Assembly: GCA_964612605.1 (NCBI GenBank)
Contig: CAZTEJ010000001.1
Location: 1-56,646 of the forward strand
Reading direction: 5' to 3'
DNA from: an uncultured Clostridium sp.
GTDB taxonomy: Bacteria; Bacillota_I; Bacilli_A; RF39; UBA660
Length of the DNA stretch: 56,646 bases
Shown here: positions 10,521 to 20,519 of the stretch, piece after piece
How the letters are laid out: each line of letters begins with the position of its first letter
How positions within the stretch are numbered: the first letter of the stretch is position 1
Notes under the pieces: model-generated
The model's input: only the letters and a program-made list of their open reading frames with translations
What the model was told of the DNA's origin: nothing
The model's database searches: none
Program-made: the position numbers and the translations under genes

Positions 10521-11360
10521 TCATTCTTTATTATAATCCAAAACTAACTTTTTAACAGAATCACTACAAATATAATCCCTATCACCTAATTTAGAAAAAA
10601 CATCATACAAATAATCAAACTCATCATCAGTAATCGCAACACCCAACAATAACCTATCCCATAAACTATCTTTATTAATATCATACTCAGGAATACAACC
10701 TCTAAACTCATCAAAACCACATATATCACATATATCAGCAAAACTCTCCAAAGGAGATTCATTATTAGGAAAATAATCACCAAATAAACATTCAATTAAT
10801 TCCATCTTATAATATAAATTATTAACCCCTAATCTATTCATCACCAAATAAGCAATATAACATCCTCTTATTTCAGCATACCTTTCAATCGGAAACTTAT
10901 CATAATAATAACGATAAAAATCATACCTATATTCACATATATAATCACAAAATTTATAAATTCTAGAAACATCATTATCCAAAGACAACAAAGAATACTG
11001 TTTAGCATGAGTAAATTCATGAACTAAAGCTTGTAAAGTATAATAATAACCAAATTCCTTATTATCACCAATCAAACTATACTTCAATTCATCATAATAC
11101 ATCTTAGACCTAGAACAATTATAATAAATCTTATTATTATAAAAACAACCAATTTCACCTTTAACATCATATACATAAATCCCTTTACCTTCCAACTCAA
11201 TACAATCATTCCTTAAAAGAATAGAAATAATTTCCTCAACATAATTCCTATCAACAGGTTTATTTTTTACATAATAACTTCTAACAAATTTACTTAACTC
11301 ATTAATCAACTGATAATCATTATAACTACTATCCATTAAATCCAAATTATTCATAAACAA
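10521..11360 (-). CDS. Hypothetical protein with an HExxH motif (possible zinc metallopeptidase)
   Basis: 279-aa ORF containing HEFTHAKQ. No other family recognised. Confidence 0.4.
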   Translation of the reverse strand: MFMNNLDLMDSSYNDYQLINELSKFVRSYYVKNKPVDRNYVEEIISILLRNDCIELEGKGIYVYDVKGEIGCFYNNKIYYNCSRSKMYYDELKYSLIGDNKEFGYYYTLQALVHEFTHAKQYSLLSLDNDVSRIYKFCDYICEYRYDFYRYYYDKFPIERYAEIRGCYIAYLVMNRLGVNNLYYKMELIECLFGDYFPNNESPLESFADICDICGFDEFRGCIPEYDINKDSLWDRLLLGVAITDDEFDYLYDVFSKLGDRDYICSDSVKKLVLDYNKE

Positions 11361-11369
11361 TATTCCCTC

Positions 11370-12092
11370 CTAATAATAAACATTAACCAAATAAAGACCA
11401 CAAGCTGGAACAGTATTATACTTAACTACCTTTCCACTTTCTAACATATATTCAATATCATTAATATCTAACTTACCACTACCAACATCAACCAAAGCAC
11501 CAACCATATTTCTAACCATATACCTATAAAAACTCTTACCGACAAACTTAATAGTTAAAAAATCACCCTTTCTTATAAACTTTATCTTATAAATAACACT
11601 ATTATAACTCTCCCTTTTACCACTAGTAAAAGCCTCATAAGAATGAAAACCCAAAAGAAACTTACTAGCCATTTTCATACTTCTAATATCAAGAACTCTA
11701 TTATAATTATAAACATAACTATCAATAATTGGATCATATACACCCAAATTAATAACATACTCATATTCCTTCTTAATAGCGTCAAACCTAGCATGAAAAT
11801 CATCACTAACAACCTCAACATAATTAACACATATACCACTATCAAGAAGTCTATTAAGTGCCTTAACTAAATTATCACACGGAATATCAATATCTAATTC
11901 AAAAGAAATACCTTGACTATAAGCATGAACACCCCTATCAGTCCTACCAGCACCCTTAACCTCAACAAAAGACTTATTCAAAATAGACAAACACCTTTCA
12001 AGCTCAGCTTGAACAGTTTTATAATCATTCAATCTTTGAAAACCATAAAACTTACTACCATCATAACTAATACTAGCAAAATACCTCATCAA
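11370..12092 (-). CDS. truA: tRNA pseudouridine(38-40) synthase
   Basis: 240 aa. YDGSKFYGFQ and GAGRTDRGVHA (catalytic Asp) motifs. 4-nt overlap with the upstream ORF. Confidence 0.9.
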   Translation of the reverse strand: MMRYFASISYDGSKFYGFQRLNDYKTVQAELERCLSILNKSFVEVKGAGRTDRGVHAYSQGISFELDIDIPCDNLVKALNRLLDSGICVNYVEVVSDDFHARFDAIKKEYEYVINLGVYDPIIDSYVYNYNRVLDIRSMKMASKFLLGFHSYEAFTSGKRESYNSVIYKIKFIRKGDFLTIKFVGKSFYRYMVRNMVGALVDVGSGKLDINDIEYMLESGKVVKYNTVPACGLYLVNVYY

Positions 12093-12706
12093 AACACACT
12101 CCTATATATATCTTTAAGAAGTTCCTTATTATCCAAAGTATAAGACAAATCAGCACCACACTCATTCGCCTTATCAATAAAATCATAAATAGCAGGTTTA
12201 TCCATATACCCCTCCAAAATAACATCACTAACACTACCTTGAAACTTAATAATCCTATCACTACATACTATAACATGCTTACAACACTTATCCATAAACA
12301 AACAATCATTACTAATAATAATAAAATTAATTCCCAAAGAAGCATTTAAAAACTTCATTATCTTACTAATCTTACTCTTATATTTAGAATTAAAACCAAC
12401 ATCAAAATAATTAAAAACAATCAAACTCGGATTATATTTAAGAATAAATAACAATTTAAATAACTTTAACTCACAATAACTAAGATCATTAATTCTTTTA
12501 TTTAAAAAATCTTTATCCAAATCAAGAATATTAAACAAATCAGAATCAAACCTAACATACTTCTTAACCTTATACCTACTATCAAATTCAAAACAAAGTA
12601 AATTATCAACTAAAATATTTAAATCATTAATATCACCACAAAACCCAATAAAACTATTATTAACAAAATAACCATTATTCGGATTACAACTATACATTAC
12701 TTCCAT
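12089..12706 (-). CDS. Degenerate ABC-ATPase-like protein (EcfA position) with no recognisable Walker A
   Basis: 205 aa. Signature-like LSYCE and Walker-B-like LIVFNYFD. Sits where ecfA2 normally lies upstream of truA. Confidence 0.5.
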   Translation of the reverse strand: MEVMYSCNPNNGYFVNNSFIGFCGDINDLNILVDNLLCFEFDSRYKVKKYVRFDSDLFNILDLDKDFLNKRINDLSYCELKLFKLLFILKYNPSLIVFNYFDVGFNSKYKSKISKIMKFLNASLGINFIIISNDCLFMDKCCKHVIVCSDRIIKFQGSVSDVILEGYMDKPAIYDFIDKANECGADLSYTLDNKELLKDIYRSVF

Positions 12707-13446
12707 AACTCACCAACCAAAGAACTAATATCAAAATACTTCTCCTTAAGTAAATCATAATAATTTAAATTAGAAGACAAATTAACAATAAAAGGTAAAT
12801 TCATTCCAACTTTATTTAACAACTTATCATTAGATAAAACATTCAAAGTATCATCATACAAAACACACCTAAAATTATCAAGAACAACAACCTTAGAACC
12901 CAAAAGCAAATCCTCACTATTACTAGTAACATTTATAATAGAAATCTTATTCTCCTTGCTATACTTAACAACCTTAAGCTTTTCCTTATCATCCAAATAA
13001 GACAACATATCATCAATACCTAATACTCTAGGATTAATAATCAACAAAGACAATATCTTAACAAAAGCCTTCTGCCCTATTCTTAACTCACCAATCAACT
13101 TATCAACAATATCATCAAGTTCAAAAAAATTAATAAACTTCTTAACATTAGAATTAATCTTCCTATCATCATAACCTAAACATCTTTGATAAAACATAAG
13201 TTCATCCCTAACACTACTACAATTAAATATAAAATTATTTAAAACAGCCGCAACATTCTTCCTTAAAAAATCAATATCATACTCACCAACTTCCTTATCA
13301 TCAATATAAACCAAATTAGATCCATTCTGATTAATCAAAGTCTTAAGCAAATAAGTCTTACCAGAAGAAACATTCCCAATAACATTAGTAAAAGGAACAA
13401 GTTCCATATCCAAATCATAATCCTTAAATTTAATTCTATTCATCAT
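12697..13446 (-). CDS. EcfA-like ABC ATPase with degenerate catalytic motifs
   Basis: 249 aa. Walker A GNVSSGKT, signature LRIGQ, Walker B VLGIDDM (Asp where the catalytic Glu is expected), NVTSNSED in place of the H-loop. EcfA-like C-terminal tail. Confidence 0.6.
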   Translation of the reverse strand: MMNRIKFKDYDLDMELVPFTNVIGNVSSGKTYLLKTLINQNGSNLVYIDDKEVGEYDIDFLRKNVAAVLNNFIFNCSSVRDELMFYQRCLGYDDRKINSNVKKFINFFELDDIVDKLIGELRIGQKAFVKILSLLIINPRVLGIDDMLSYLDDKEKLKVVKYSKENKISIINVTSNSEDLLLGSKVVVLDNFRCVLYDDTLNVLSNDKLLNKVGMNLPFIVNLSSNLNYYDLLKEKYFDISSLVGELWK

Positions 13447-13516
13447 AAACCACCCTTGTCTTAAAAATTATTATAACATTAAGAACCTCAAATTAAAACA
13501 ATTTTAAAAAAGAAAG

Positions 13517-14698
13517 TTATAAATTAACTTTCAATTCCTCCAAAGCCCTATCAAAAACAACATCACTAACATCATCATTAGATACATCAACACTAATATC
13601 AGGTTCCAAGCCAACCTCATCAATACAAACCCCATTCGGAGTTAACCACTTCGCACTAGTATACTTATACATAGTACCATCACTTAACTTATTAGTCTTT
13701 TGAACCTTCCCCTTTCCATAAGTAGTACTACCAACCAAAATTGCACCATAACTATCCCTTAAAGCAGCCGCTAAAATCTCACTAGCAGAAGCAGTACTAC
13801 CATTAACCAATATATAAACCTTATAACTTCTAGACTCAGCAGTTTCATCCTTAGTAACACTAGTAACAGACTGTTCATTCAAAGAATAAATAACCTTCCC
13901 CTTCTCCAAAAATAACTCCGCAATTTTACTAGCAGAAGATAAATAACCACCCGTATTACCTCTTAAATCAATAATAAGCCCATTTATTCCTATACCCTCT
14001 AATTTATTCAAATGATATTCAAACTGTTCATAAACACTTTCATTAAACTTACTAACAGCAATATAACCAACACCATCATAAACTTCACTACTAACAGAAG
14101 GAATATATAAAGAATCACTCTTCAAATTAAACTCCAAAGAACTACCATCCCTATTAACAATCAACTTAACATCAGTACTATTCTTAATAATACTTGAAAT
14201 ATCAGTAGTGCTCTCATTACTTATTTCAGTATCATTAACATTAACAATAACATCACCAACAAGAAGACCAGCCTCCTCCGCAGGCGTATTCTCATAAACC
14301 TTATTTATAGTTACAATACCCTCTTCAGAAACACTAACACCAATACCAATACCAGTATACGTACCACTAAGAGAATTAGTTAAACTCTCAGTTTGCCCTT
14401 TATCCAAATAAGTAGTATAAGGATCCCCCAAATAACCAAACATACCACTAATACCAGCATCAACAAGTGCCCCTAAATCAACACTACTATAATAATTAGA
14501 TTTAATCTCATTATAAGCCTTATTAAGTTCAGCAAGATACTCATCCCCATTAACACCATAAGAACAAGACTTACCATTATAAACTAAATAACCAGTACAA
14601 AAACTCATAACAAGAGAAGAAAACAAAGATATCATAATAACTTCCCATAAATCAAACTTAGCCTTATTAAATTTATTCTTCATAATATCAATCCCCAT
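13517..14698 (-). CDS. ctpA: Carboxy-terminal processing peptidase (S41 family) with N-terminal membrane anchor and PDZ domain
   Basis: 393 aa. PDZ-like GLLVGDVIVNVND. S41 motifs LIIDLRGNTGG and NGSTASASEILAAAL..GKG. Confidence 0.85.
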   Translation of the reverse strand: MGIDIMKNKFNKAKFDLWEVIMISLFSSLVMSFCTGYLVYNGKSCSYGVNGDEYLAELNKAYNEIKSNYYSSVDLGALVDAGISGMFGYLGDPYTTYLDKGQTESLTNSLSGTYTGIGIGVSVSEEGIVTINKVYENTPAEEAGLLVGDVIVNVNDTEISNESTTDISSIIKNSTDVKLIVNRDGSSLEFNLKSDSLYIPSVSSEVYDGVGYIAVSKFNESVYEQFEYHLNKLEGIGINGLIIDLRGNTGGYLSSASKIAELFLEKGKVIYSLNEQSVTSVTKDETAESRSYKVYILVNGSTASASEILAAALRDSYGAILVGSTTYGKGKVQKTNKLSDGTMYKYTSAKWLTPNGVCIDEVGLEPDISVDVSNDDVSDVVFDRALEELKVNL

Positions 14699-14758
14699 AT
14701 ATTAAAATAATAACATAAAACATAAAAAAAGAATATCCTAAATTCAAATATTTAACAT

Positions 14759-14783
14759 AAAAAAAGAATGCATAACACATTCT
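14759..14783 (-). terminator. Rho-independent terminator after secG
   Basis: Stem AGAATG/CATTCT with a 7-nt loop. On the minus strand it is followed by a 7-T run (plus-strand A-run 14759..14765). Confidence 0.5.
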
Positions 14784-14997
14784 ATATAATATAAATTACA
14801 AAAGATAAAACAAAGAAAGCAATACCCAACACAAACGTAATTCTACTAATTAATAGTTCAGCACCTCTTTCTTTTTGATTAGAAAATAACTCACTATTAC
14901 CACCAGTAATTATTTGACTAGCATCAGTTGCCTTATTACTTTGTAATAAAACTATTGCAATTAATAAAATTGATACAATTAATAACGCTGTTTCCAT
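14782..14997 (-). CDS. secG: Preprotein translocase subunit SecG
   Basis: 71 aa, two TM helices flanking a Gly-rich loop (LLQSNKA..GGNSELF..ERGAELL). Conserved position next to eno. Confidence 0.8.
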   Translation of the reverse strand: METALLIVSILLIAIVLLQSNKATDASQIITGGNSELFSNQKERGAELLISRITFVLGIAFFVLSFVIYII

Positions 14998-15065
14998 TTA
15001 AAACATCCATCTCCTTAACAATTAATAATTTAGCATAAAAATACCACTTTTGCAACAAAATTACA

Positions 15066-16298
15066 CTACATATTCCAAGTTTTATTACCTAATTCCTCTT
15101 CAATCCTTAATAACTGATTATACTTAGCAATCCTCTCTCCCCTACACAAAGATCCAGTTTTAATATACCCCAAATTCAAACCAACAGCTAAATCAGAAAT
15201 AAAAGTATCCTCAGTTTCACCACTCCTATGAGAAATAATCGTATTAAAACCATTATCCTTAGCACATTTAATAGTCTTAAGCATCTCAGTAACCGTACCA
15301 ATCTGATTAGCCTTTAACAAAATAGAATTATTATACTTCTCATTAATACCTTTCTTTAAATAATCAATATTAGTAACAAAATAATCATCACCAACCAACA
15401 TTACCCTATCACCAATCATTTCAGTTAAAGCCTTTATAGTATCAATATCATCCTCAGAAGCAGCATCCTCAATACTTATAATAGGATACTTATTAACAAG
15501 ATCCAAATAATACTTAATAAGTTCATCCTTACTAATCTTATTCTTATTAACAGTATACATTTCACCATCATAAAACTCAGAAGCCGCCGCATCAATTGCT
15601 AAAAAAACATTTTCACCAGGAACATAACCTGCCTCCTCAATTGCCCTAACAATATAATCAAAAGCATCCTCTATCTTACTTAAATTAGGAGCAAAACCAC
15701 CCTCATCACCAACAGATGTTGAAAATCCATCATTTTTTAACAATTCCTTTAATTTATGAAAAACCTCAGAACCACACCTTAACCTTTCCTTAAAAGAATC
15801 CTGTTTAGGAACAATCATAAACTCTTGAAACTCCAACCCGCTAGAAGCATGAACACCACCATTAATAATATTCATCATAGGATAAGGCAAACTATAAGGA
15901 CCACTAAATAATTCATACAACTTCTTATTTCTTACCATAGCAATTCCCTTCATCACACACAAAGAAACGCTTAAAATCGCATTCGCACCCAAATTACTCT
16001 TATTAACAGTGCCATCCAACTTAATAAGAAGATTATCAATATCAACCTGATCTAACTCCTTACCAATCAAATTATCCCTTATAACCCCATTAACATTAAC
16101 AACCGCCTTCATAACACCTTTACCATTATACCTTAAATCATTATCCCTTAACTCCAAAGCCTCGTTAGATCCAGTAGAAGCACCAGAAGGAACACTAGCC
16201 CTAACACAACTACCATTTTCTAAATACAATTCAGACTCCACAGTCGGATTACCTCTACTATCAAGAATCTCCCTAGCCTTAACATCAATAATTTTCAC
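15066..16298 (-). CDS. eno: Enolase (phosphopyruvate hydratase)
   Basis: [22 protein letters not shown]-terminus. [17 protein letters not shown] and [22 protein letters not shown] motifs. Confidence 0.95.
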   Translation of the reverse strand: MKIIDVKAREILDSRGNPTVESELYLENGSCVRASVPSGASTGSNEALELRDNDLRYNGKGVMKAVVNVNGVIRDNLIGKELDQVDIDNLLIKLDGTVNKSNLGANAILSVSLCVMKGIAMVRNKKLYELFSGPYSLPYPMMNIINGGVHASSGLEFQEFMIVPKQDSFKERLRCGSEVFHKLKELLKNDGFSTSVGDEGGFAPNLSKIEDAFDYIVRAIEEAGYVPGENVFLAIDAAASEFYDGEMYTVNKNKISKDELIKYYLDLVNKYPIISIEDAASEDDIDTIKALTEMIGDRVMLVGDDYFVTNIDYLKKGINEKYNNSILLKANQIGTVTEMLKTIKCAKDNGFNTIISHRSGETEDTFISDLAVGLNLGYIKTGSLCRGERIAKYNQLLRIEEELGNKTWNM

Positions 16299-16425
16299 AT
16301 TATCCCTCCTATATAATTAAATTATAAACTTAATATAATTTCACTTCAATTAGTTTGTTAACAACTTTACATTTTTAAACAATTAATAAATATTTATGAT
16401 ATACTAATGATATAGAGGTGTTCCT

Positions 16426-17646
16426 ATGAAAATAGTAAGTTTAAATAACAATGAATTTGAAGAATTTGCTAACAGTCATACATTAAGAAATTACTGTCAA
16501 ACATTAAATTATGCAAAAGTCATGGTAGATAAAGGATATTCACATGAATTCATTGGATACAAAGACGATAGTAATAATATAGTAGGTGCATCACTTATTC
16601 TCAAAAAAAAGATAGGAACATTTGCAAAATTTGTCTACGCACCAAAAGGAGTATTAATAGATTACTACGACACAGAACTAGTTAAAAAATTCATGAAAGA
16701 CCTTTGCTCATACTACAAAAAAAGAGGATATTCTTTCTTAAAAATAAATCCAGAAATAATCATAGGTGAAATAAAAAAAGAAACATTCAATACAACATAT
16801 AATCAAAACGTTAATATAATAGATACATTAAAAGATTTTGGTTTCAAAAGAAGAAGAGAAATATATCCCTTAGATTTTCTATACCCAAGAATAAACCCAT
16901 ATATAAACCTTAAAAAATACGAAGAAACCTTAGAAATAAGCGATATTAACGAAACAGCAAACAGAAACGGATTTAGCATAGAAATAGGCACAAAAAAAGA
17001 CCTAGATACCCTAAACGAATTTATAAACAACAAATACAATAACGATATAAACTACTACAAAAGCATACTAAACAACTTTGGAAACAATGCAGAACTAGTT
17101 TTACTTAAAATAAATTACGAAGAATGCTTAATAAACGCTAGAGAAAGATACCACAAGGAACTAGAAAACAACAACTACTATAACGAACTAATCCAAAACG
17201 ATAACAGCGAAGCAAGCATCCTAGGAAAAATGCAATCAGACAAAGATCTACTAAAATACAAAGACGAAGTAGTACACGCAACAGAAGGACTAAAATACAA
17301 TAAAATAAAATACGTCGGCGGAGCAATCATAATTAAATACCAAAACAGAATAAGCATAATTGCCGACGGATTCGAAGAAAACGTCCTATATACAAAAGAA
17401 TATCTATATAACTATCTAATTAATAAATACAAAGACAATTACGAATTCATAGACCTAAACGGACTAGCAAGCGACAACAAAGAAACATCAAAATACTACG
17501 ACTTCAACAAAACAAAACTACAATTCAACCCAACAATATACGAATTCATAGGAGAATTTGATATAGTACTAAACGAAATACTATTCAAAAAAATACAATC
17601 AAAAGGACTACTATCAAAAGAATTCCCACCATCACACAAACTATAA
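16426..17646 (+). CDS. FemAB-family peptidoglycan interpeptide-bridge aminoacyltransferase
   Basis: 406 aa. Two acyltransferase-like halves separated by a coiled-coil insertion, the typical FemABX layout. RBS AGAGGTG upstream. Confidence 0.7.
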   Translation: MKIVSLNNNEFEEFANSHTLRNYCQTLNYAKVMVDKGYSHEFIGYKDDSNNIVGASLILKKKIGTFAKFVYAPKGVLIDYYDTELVKKFMKDLCSYYKKRGYSFLKINPEIIIGEIKKETFNTTYNQNVNIIDTLKDFGFKRRREIYPLDFLYPRINPYINLKKYEETLEISDINETANRNGFSIEIGTKKDLDTLNEFINNKYNNDINYYKSILNNFGNNAELVLLKINYEECLINARERYHKELENNNYYNELIQNDNSEASILGKMQSDKDLLKYKDEVVHATEGLKYNKIKYVGGAIIIKYQNRISIIADGFEENVLYTKEYLYNYLINKYKDNYEFIDLNGLASDNKETSKYYDFNKTKLQFNPTIYEFIGEFDIVLNEILFKKIQSKGLLSKEFPPSHKL

Positions 17647-17651
17647 ACCAC

Positions 17652-17677
17652 AAAAAAGGATCATATGATCCTTTTTT
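17652..17677. terminator. Bidirectional terminator between the convergent femAB-like and rubrerythrin genes
   Basis: AAAAAAGGATCATATGATCCTTTTTT: a perfect palindromic stem GGATCA/TGATCC flanked by an A-run and a T-run. Confidence 0.8.
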
Positions 17678-18221
17678 AGTAATTTTCAGCCTTTAATTCC
17701 ATATAACTTTGAGGATGATTACATACAGGACATACCATAGGAGCATCAGTTCCATAAGTAATATGACCACAATTACGACAAATCCATACCTTTTCCTCAC
17801 CTCTTTGGAAAACTAAATTATCATTAATATTACCAACTAATTTCAAATACCTTTCCTCATGATGTTTTTCAATCGCACCAACACCATCAAACAACTCAGC
17901 AATACGATCAAACCCCTCTTCCCTTGCTACCTCAGCAAATTCCTTATACATTTCAGTCCACTCATAATTCTCACCACTAGCTGCATCCTGTAAATTCTCT
18001 AAAGTAGAAGGTACCTTACCACCATGTAATTCCTTAAACCACATTTTAGCATGCTCTTTTTCATTATTAGCAGTTTCCTCAAATATAGCAGCAATCTGTT
18101 CATAACCTTCCTTCTTAGCCTTAGAAGCATAATAAGTATATTTATTTCTAGCTTGACTCTCACCTGCAAATGCAGCCATTAAATTCTTTTCAGTCTTACT
18201 TCCTTTTAATTCCATTTTCAA
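17676..18221 (-). CDS. rbr: Rubrerythrin
   Basis: 181 aa. Ferritin-like diiron motifs ([30 protein letters not shown]) plus a C-terminal rubredoxin-type CxxC..CPVC. Confidence 0.9.
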   Translation of the reverse strand: MKMELKGSKTEKNLMAAFAGESQARNKYTYYASKAKKEGYEQIAAIFEETANNEKEHAKMWFKELHGGKVPSTLENLQDAASGENYEWTEMYKEFAEVAREEGFDRIAELFDGVGAIEKHHEERYLKLVGNINDNLVFQRGEEKVWICRNCGHITYGTDAPMVCPVCNHPQSYMELKAENY

Positions 18222-18287
18222 TTCCTTCTTTCCAGAAGATATTATACCATTTAAATATATTTACATGCAAGAGGCATATAATTTATT

Positions 18288-18572
18288 ATGAATAATAATC
18301 AAGAAAACAAAAACTCCAGAATAGATACACTAAGCGCAATGATTATCGGATTCGCATTAACATATCCATTCAATTCATATGAACAAAACGCATTAGGAAA
18401 CTGGTTCATGCTCCTAGGACAAATCCTAGAAACAAACGCAACATTCCTTCAACTATACCAATACAATAACCAAAAAGGAAACAATAACGGAATAGACCTA
18501 GATAAATTAAACAAAGCAATAAACATAATGAAAGAAGAAATAGACAAACTAATAATAAACGAAAAAAAGTAA
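18288..18572 (+). CDS. Hypothetical small protein
   Basis: 94-aa ORF in an otherwise empty interval. No family recognised. Confidence 0.4.
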   Translation: MNNNQENKNSRIDTLSAMIIGFALTYPFNSYEQNALGNWFMLLGQILETNATFLQLYQYNNQKGNNNGIDLDKLNKAINIMKEEIDKLIINEKK

Positions 18573-18575
18573 GTA

Positions 18576-20393
18576 CTATCTACTTACTCTAAAACGATCC
18601 TTAGGATCAAGAATCTTCTTTCTCAATCTAATAACATCAGGAGTTATTTCAACATACTCATCATCAGCAATAAACTCCAAAGACTCCTCTAAACTAAAAG
18701 TTTTAGGAGGAACTAAATTAATAGCCTCATCACTAGACTTACTTCTAGTATTAGACATCTCCTTATTCTTACAAGGATTAACATTCAAATCATTATCCCT
18801 ATTATTAATACCAATAATCATACCAATATAAACATCAGTAGCAGGCCCAATAAGAAGAGTACCTCTTTCTTGAAGATTAAATAACGAATACCCTAAACTC
18901 TTACCAGTTTCCATAGAAACAAGAACACCATTCTTCCTAGATTGAATTAAACCAGCATAAGGCTTATAATCATTAAAAGATCTAACCATTATACCCTCAC
19001 CCTTAGTATCAGTAATAAAAGCACTTCTATAACCAAGCAAACCTCTAGTAGGAGCCTCAAATTCCAAATGAGTATAATTATCCTCAGTTTCCATTTTCAA
19101 AAGCATACCCTTTCTCTCTTGCAAAGCATTAATAACAGTACTAGCATACTCACTAGGAACATTCACAATAACATTTTCAAAAGGTTCAGACTTAACCCCA
19201 TCAATATCCTTAAATAAAACCTCAGGTTTAGAAACACACAACTCATAACCTTCCCTTCTCATATTCTCAAGAAGAATAGATAAATGAAGTTCACCCCTAC
19301 CACTAACCTTAAAACCATCAGCACCAGGTAACTCCTCAACCTCTAATCCAACATTAGTCTCAAGTTCCCTTTCCAATCTCTCTTTAATATGTCTAGTAGT
19401 TAAAAACTTACCACTTTGACCAGCAAAAGGACCATTATTAACCAAAAAATTCATAGACAAAGTAGGTTTCTCAATCAAAATAGCAGGTAAAGGATCAATA
19501 CAATTAAGCTCATTAACAGTATCACCAATAGATATATGAGAACAACCAGCAATAGTAACAATATCACCATAATAAGCCTCTTGTTTTTCTTGCTTTCTTA
19601 TCCCCTCATTAACAAACAACTTAGTAATTTTAAAATTAGTAACAGTACCATCATTCTTAACCAAAGAAACACTCTCACCACTTCTAATCTTACCCTTAGT
19701 AATTCTTCCAATACCAAGTCTTCCAATATACTCATCATAAGCTAAATTAGAAATTTGCAACTGCAAACTATCATCAAGACTACCCTCATAAGGTTTACAT
19801 TGCTTTAAAATAGTCTCAAGCAAAGGTTCAATACTATTACTATCCTCATCCAAACTATACTTAGCAATACCTTCCCTAGCAATACCATAAATAATAGGAA
19901 AATCAAGTTGCTCATCACTAGCATCCAACTCACAAAACAAATCAAAAGTCATATTAACAACTTCCTCAGCCCTAGCATCCTTCTTATCAATCTTATTAAT
20001 AAACAAAATAGGTTTTAAATTATTCTCAAGAGCCTTCTTCAAAACAAATCTAGTTTGAGGCATAGGCCCCTCAGCAGAATCAACAAGCAAAATAACAGTA
20101 TCAACTGTCTTCATAATACGCTCAACTTCAGAAGAAAAATCAGCATGACCAGGAGTATCAACAATATTAATCTTATAATCCTTATATCTTATAGAACAAT
20201 TCTTAGAATAAATAGTAATACCTCTTTCCTTCTCTAAATCATTACTATCCATAACCCTTTCATCAACTTGTTCCCTCTCACCAAATACACCATTCTGCTC
20301 AAGCAGAGCATCAACCAGAGTACTCTTACCAGCATCAACATGTGCAACAACAGCAATATTAATAATTTTATCCATATCTCTCACTTCTTTCAA
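18576..20393 (-). CDS. typA: Translational GTPase TypA/BipA
   Basis: NIAVVAHVDAGKSTLVDALL G1 motif, DTPGHADF G3, NKIDK G4. ~600-aa EF-G-like architecture. The real start is probably the MDKIINIAV Met a few codons in. Confidence 0.95.
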   Translation of the reverse strand: MKEVRDMDKIINIAVVAHVDAGKSTLVDALLEQNGVFGEREQVDERVMDSNDLEKERGITIYSKNCSIRYKDYKINIVDTPGHADFSSEVERIMKTVDTVILLVDSAEGPMPQTRFVLKKALENNLKPILFINKIDKKDARAEEVVNMTFDLFCELDASDEQLDFPIIYGIAREGIAKYSLDEDSNSIEPLLETILKQCKPYEGSLDDSLQLQISNLAYDEYIGRLGIGRITKGKIRSGESVSLVKNDGTVTNFKITKLFVNEGIRKQEKQEAYYGDIVTIAGCSHISIGDTVNELNCIDPLPAILIEKPTLSMNFLVNNGPFAGQSGKFLTTRHIKERLERELETNVGLEVEELPGADGFKVSGRGELHLSILLENMRREGYELCVSKPEVLFKDIDGVKSEPFENVIVNVPSEYASTVINALQERKGMLLKMETEDNYTHLEFEAPTRGLLGYRSAFITDTKGEGIMVRSFNDYKPYAGLIQSRKNGVLVSMETGKSLGYSLFNLQERGTLLIGPATDVYIGMIIGINNRDNDLNVNPCKNKEMSNTRSKSSDEAINLVPPKTFSLEESLEFIADDEYVEITPDVIRLRKKILDPKDRFRVSR

Positions 20394-20519
20394 ACTCAGT
20401 TGATAATACTACAAAATCTGAAAAAAATCAACTAAAACTTTGACATTTTGTTCGCAAAACCAACAAAGAATAAAATTATTTTTAATAATATCTTTTATAA
20501 TATGTTATACTTTATATAG

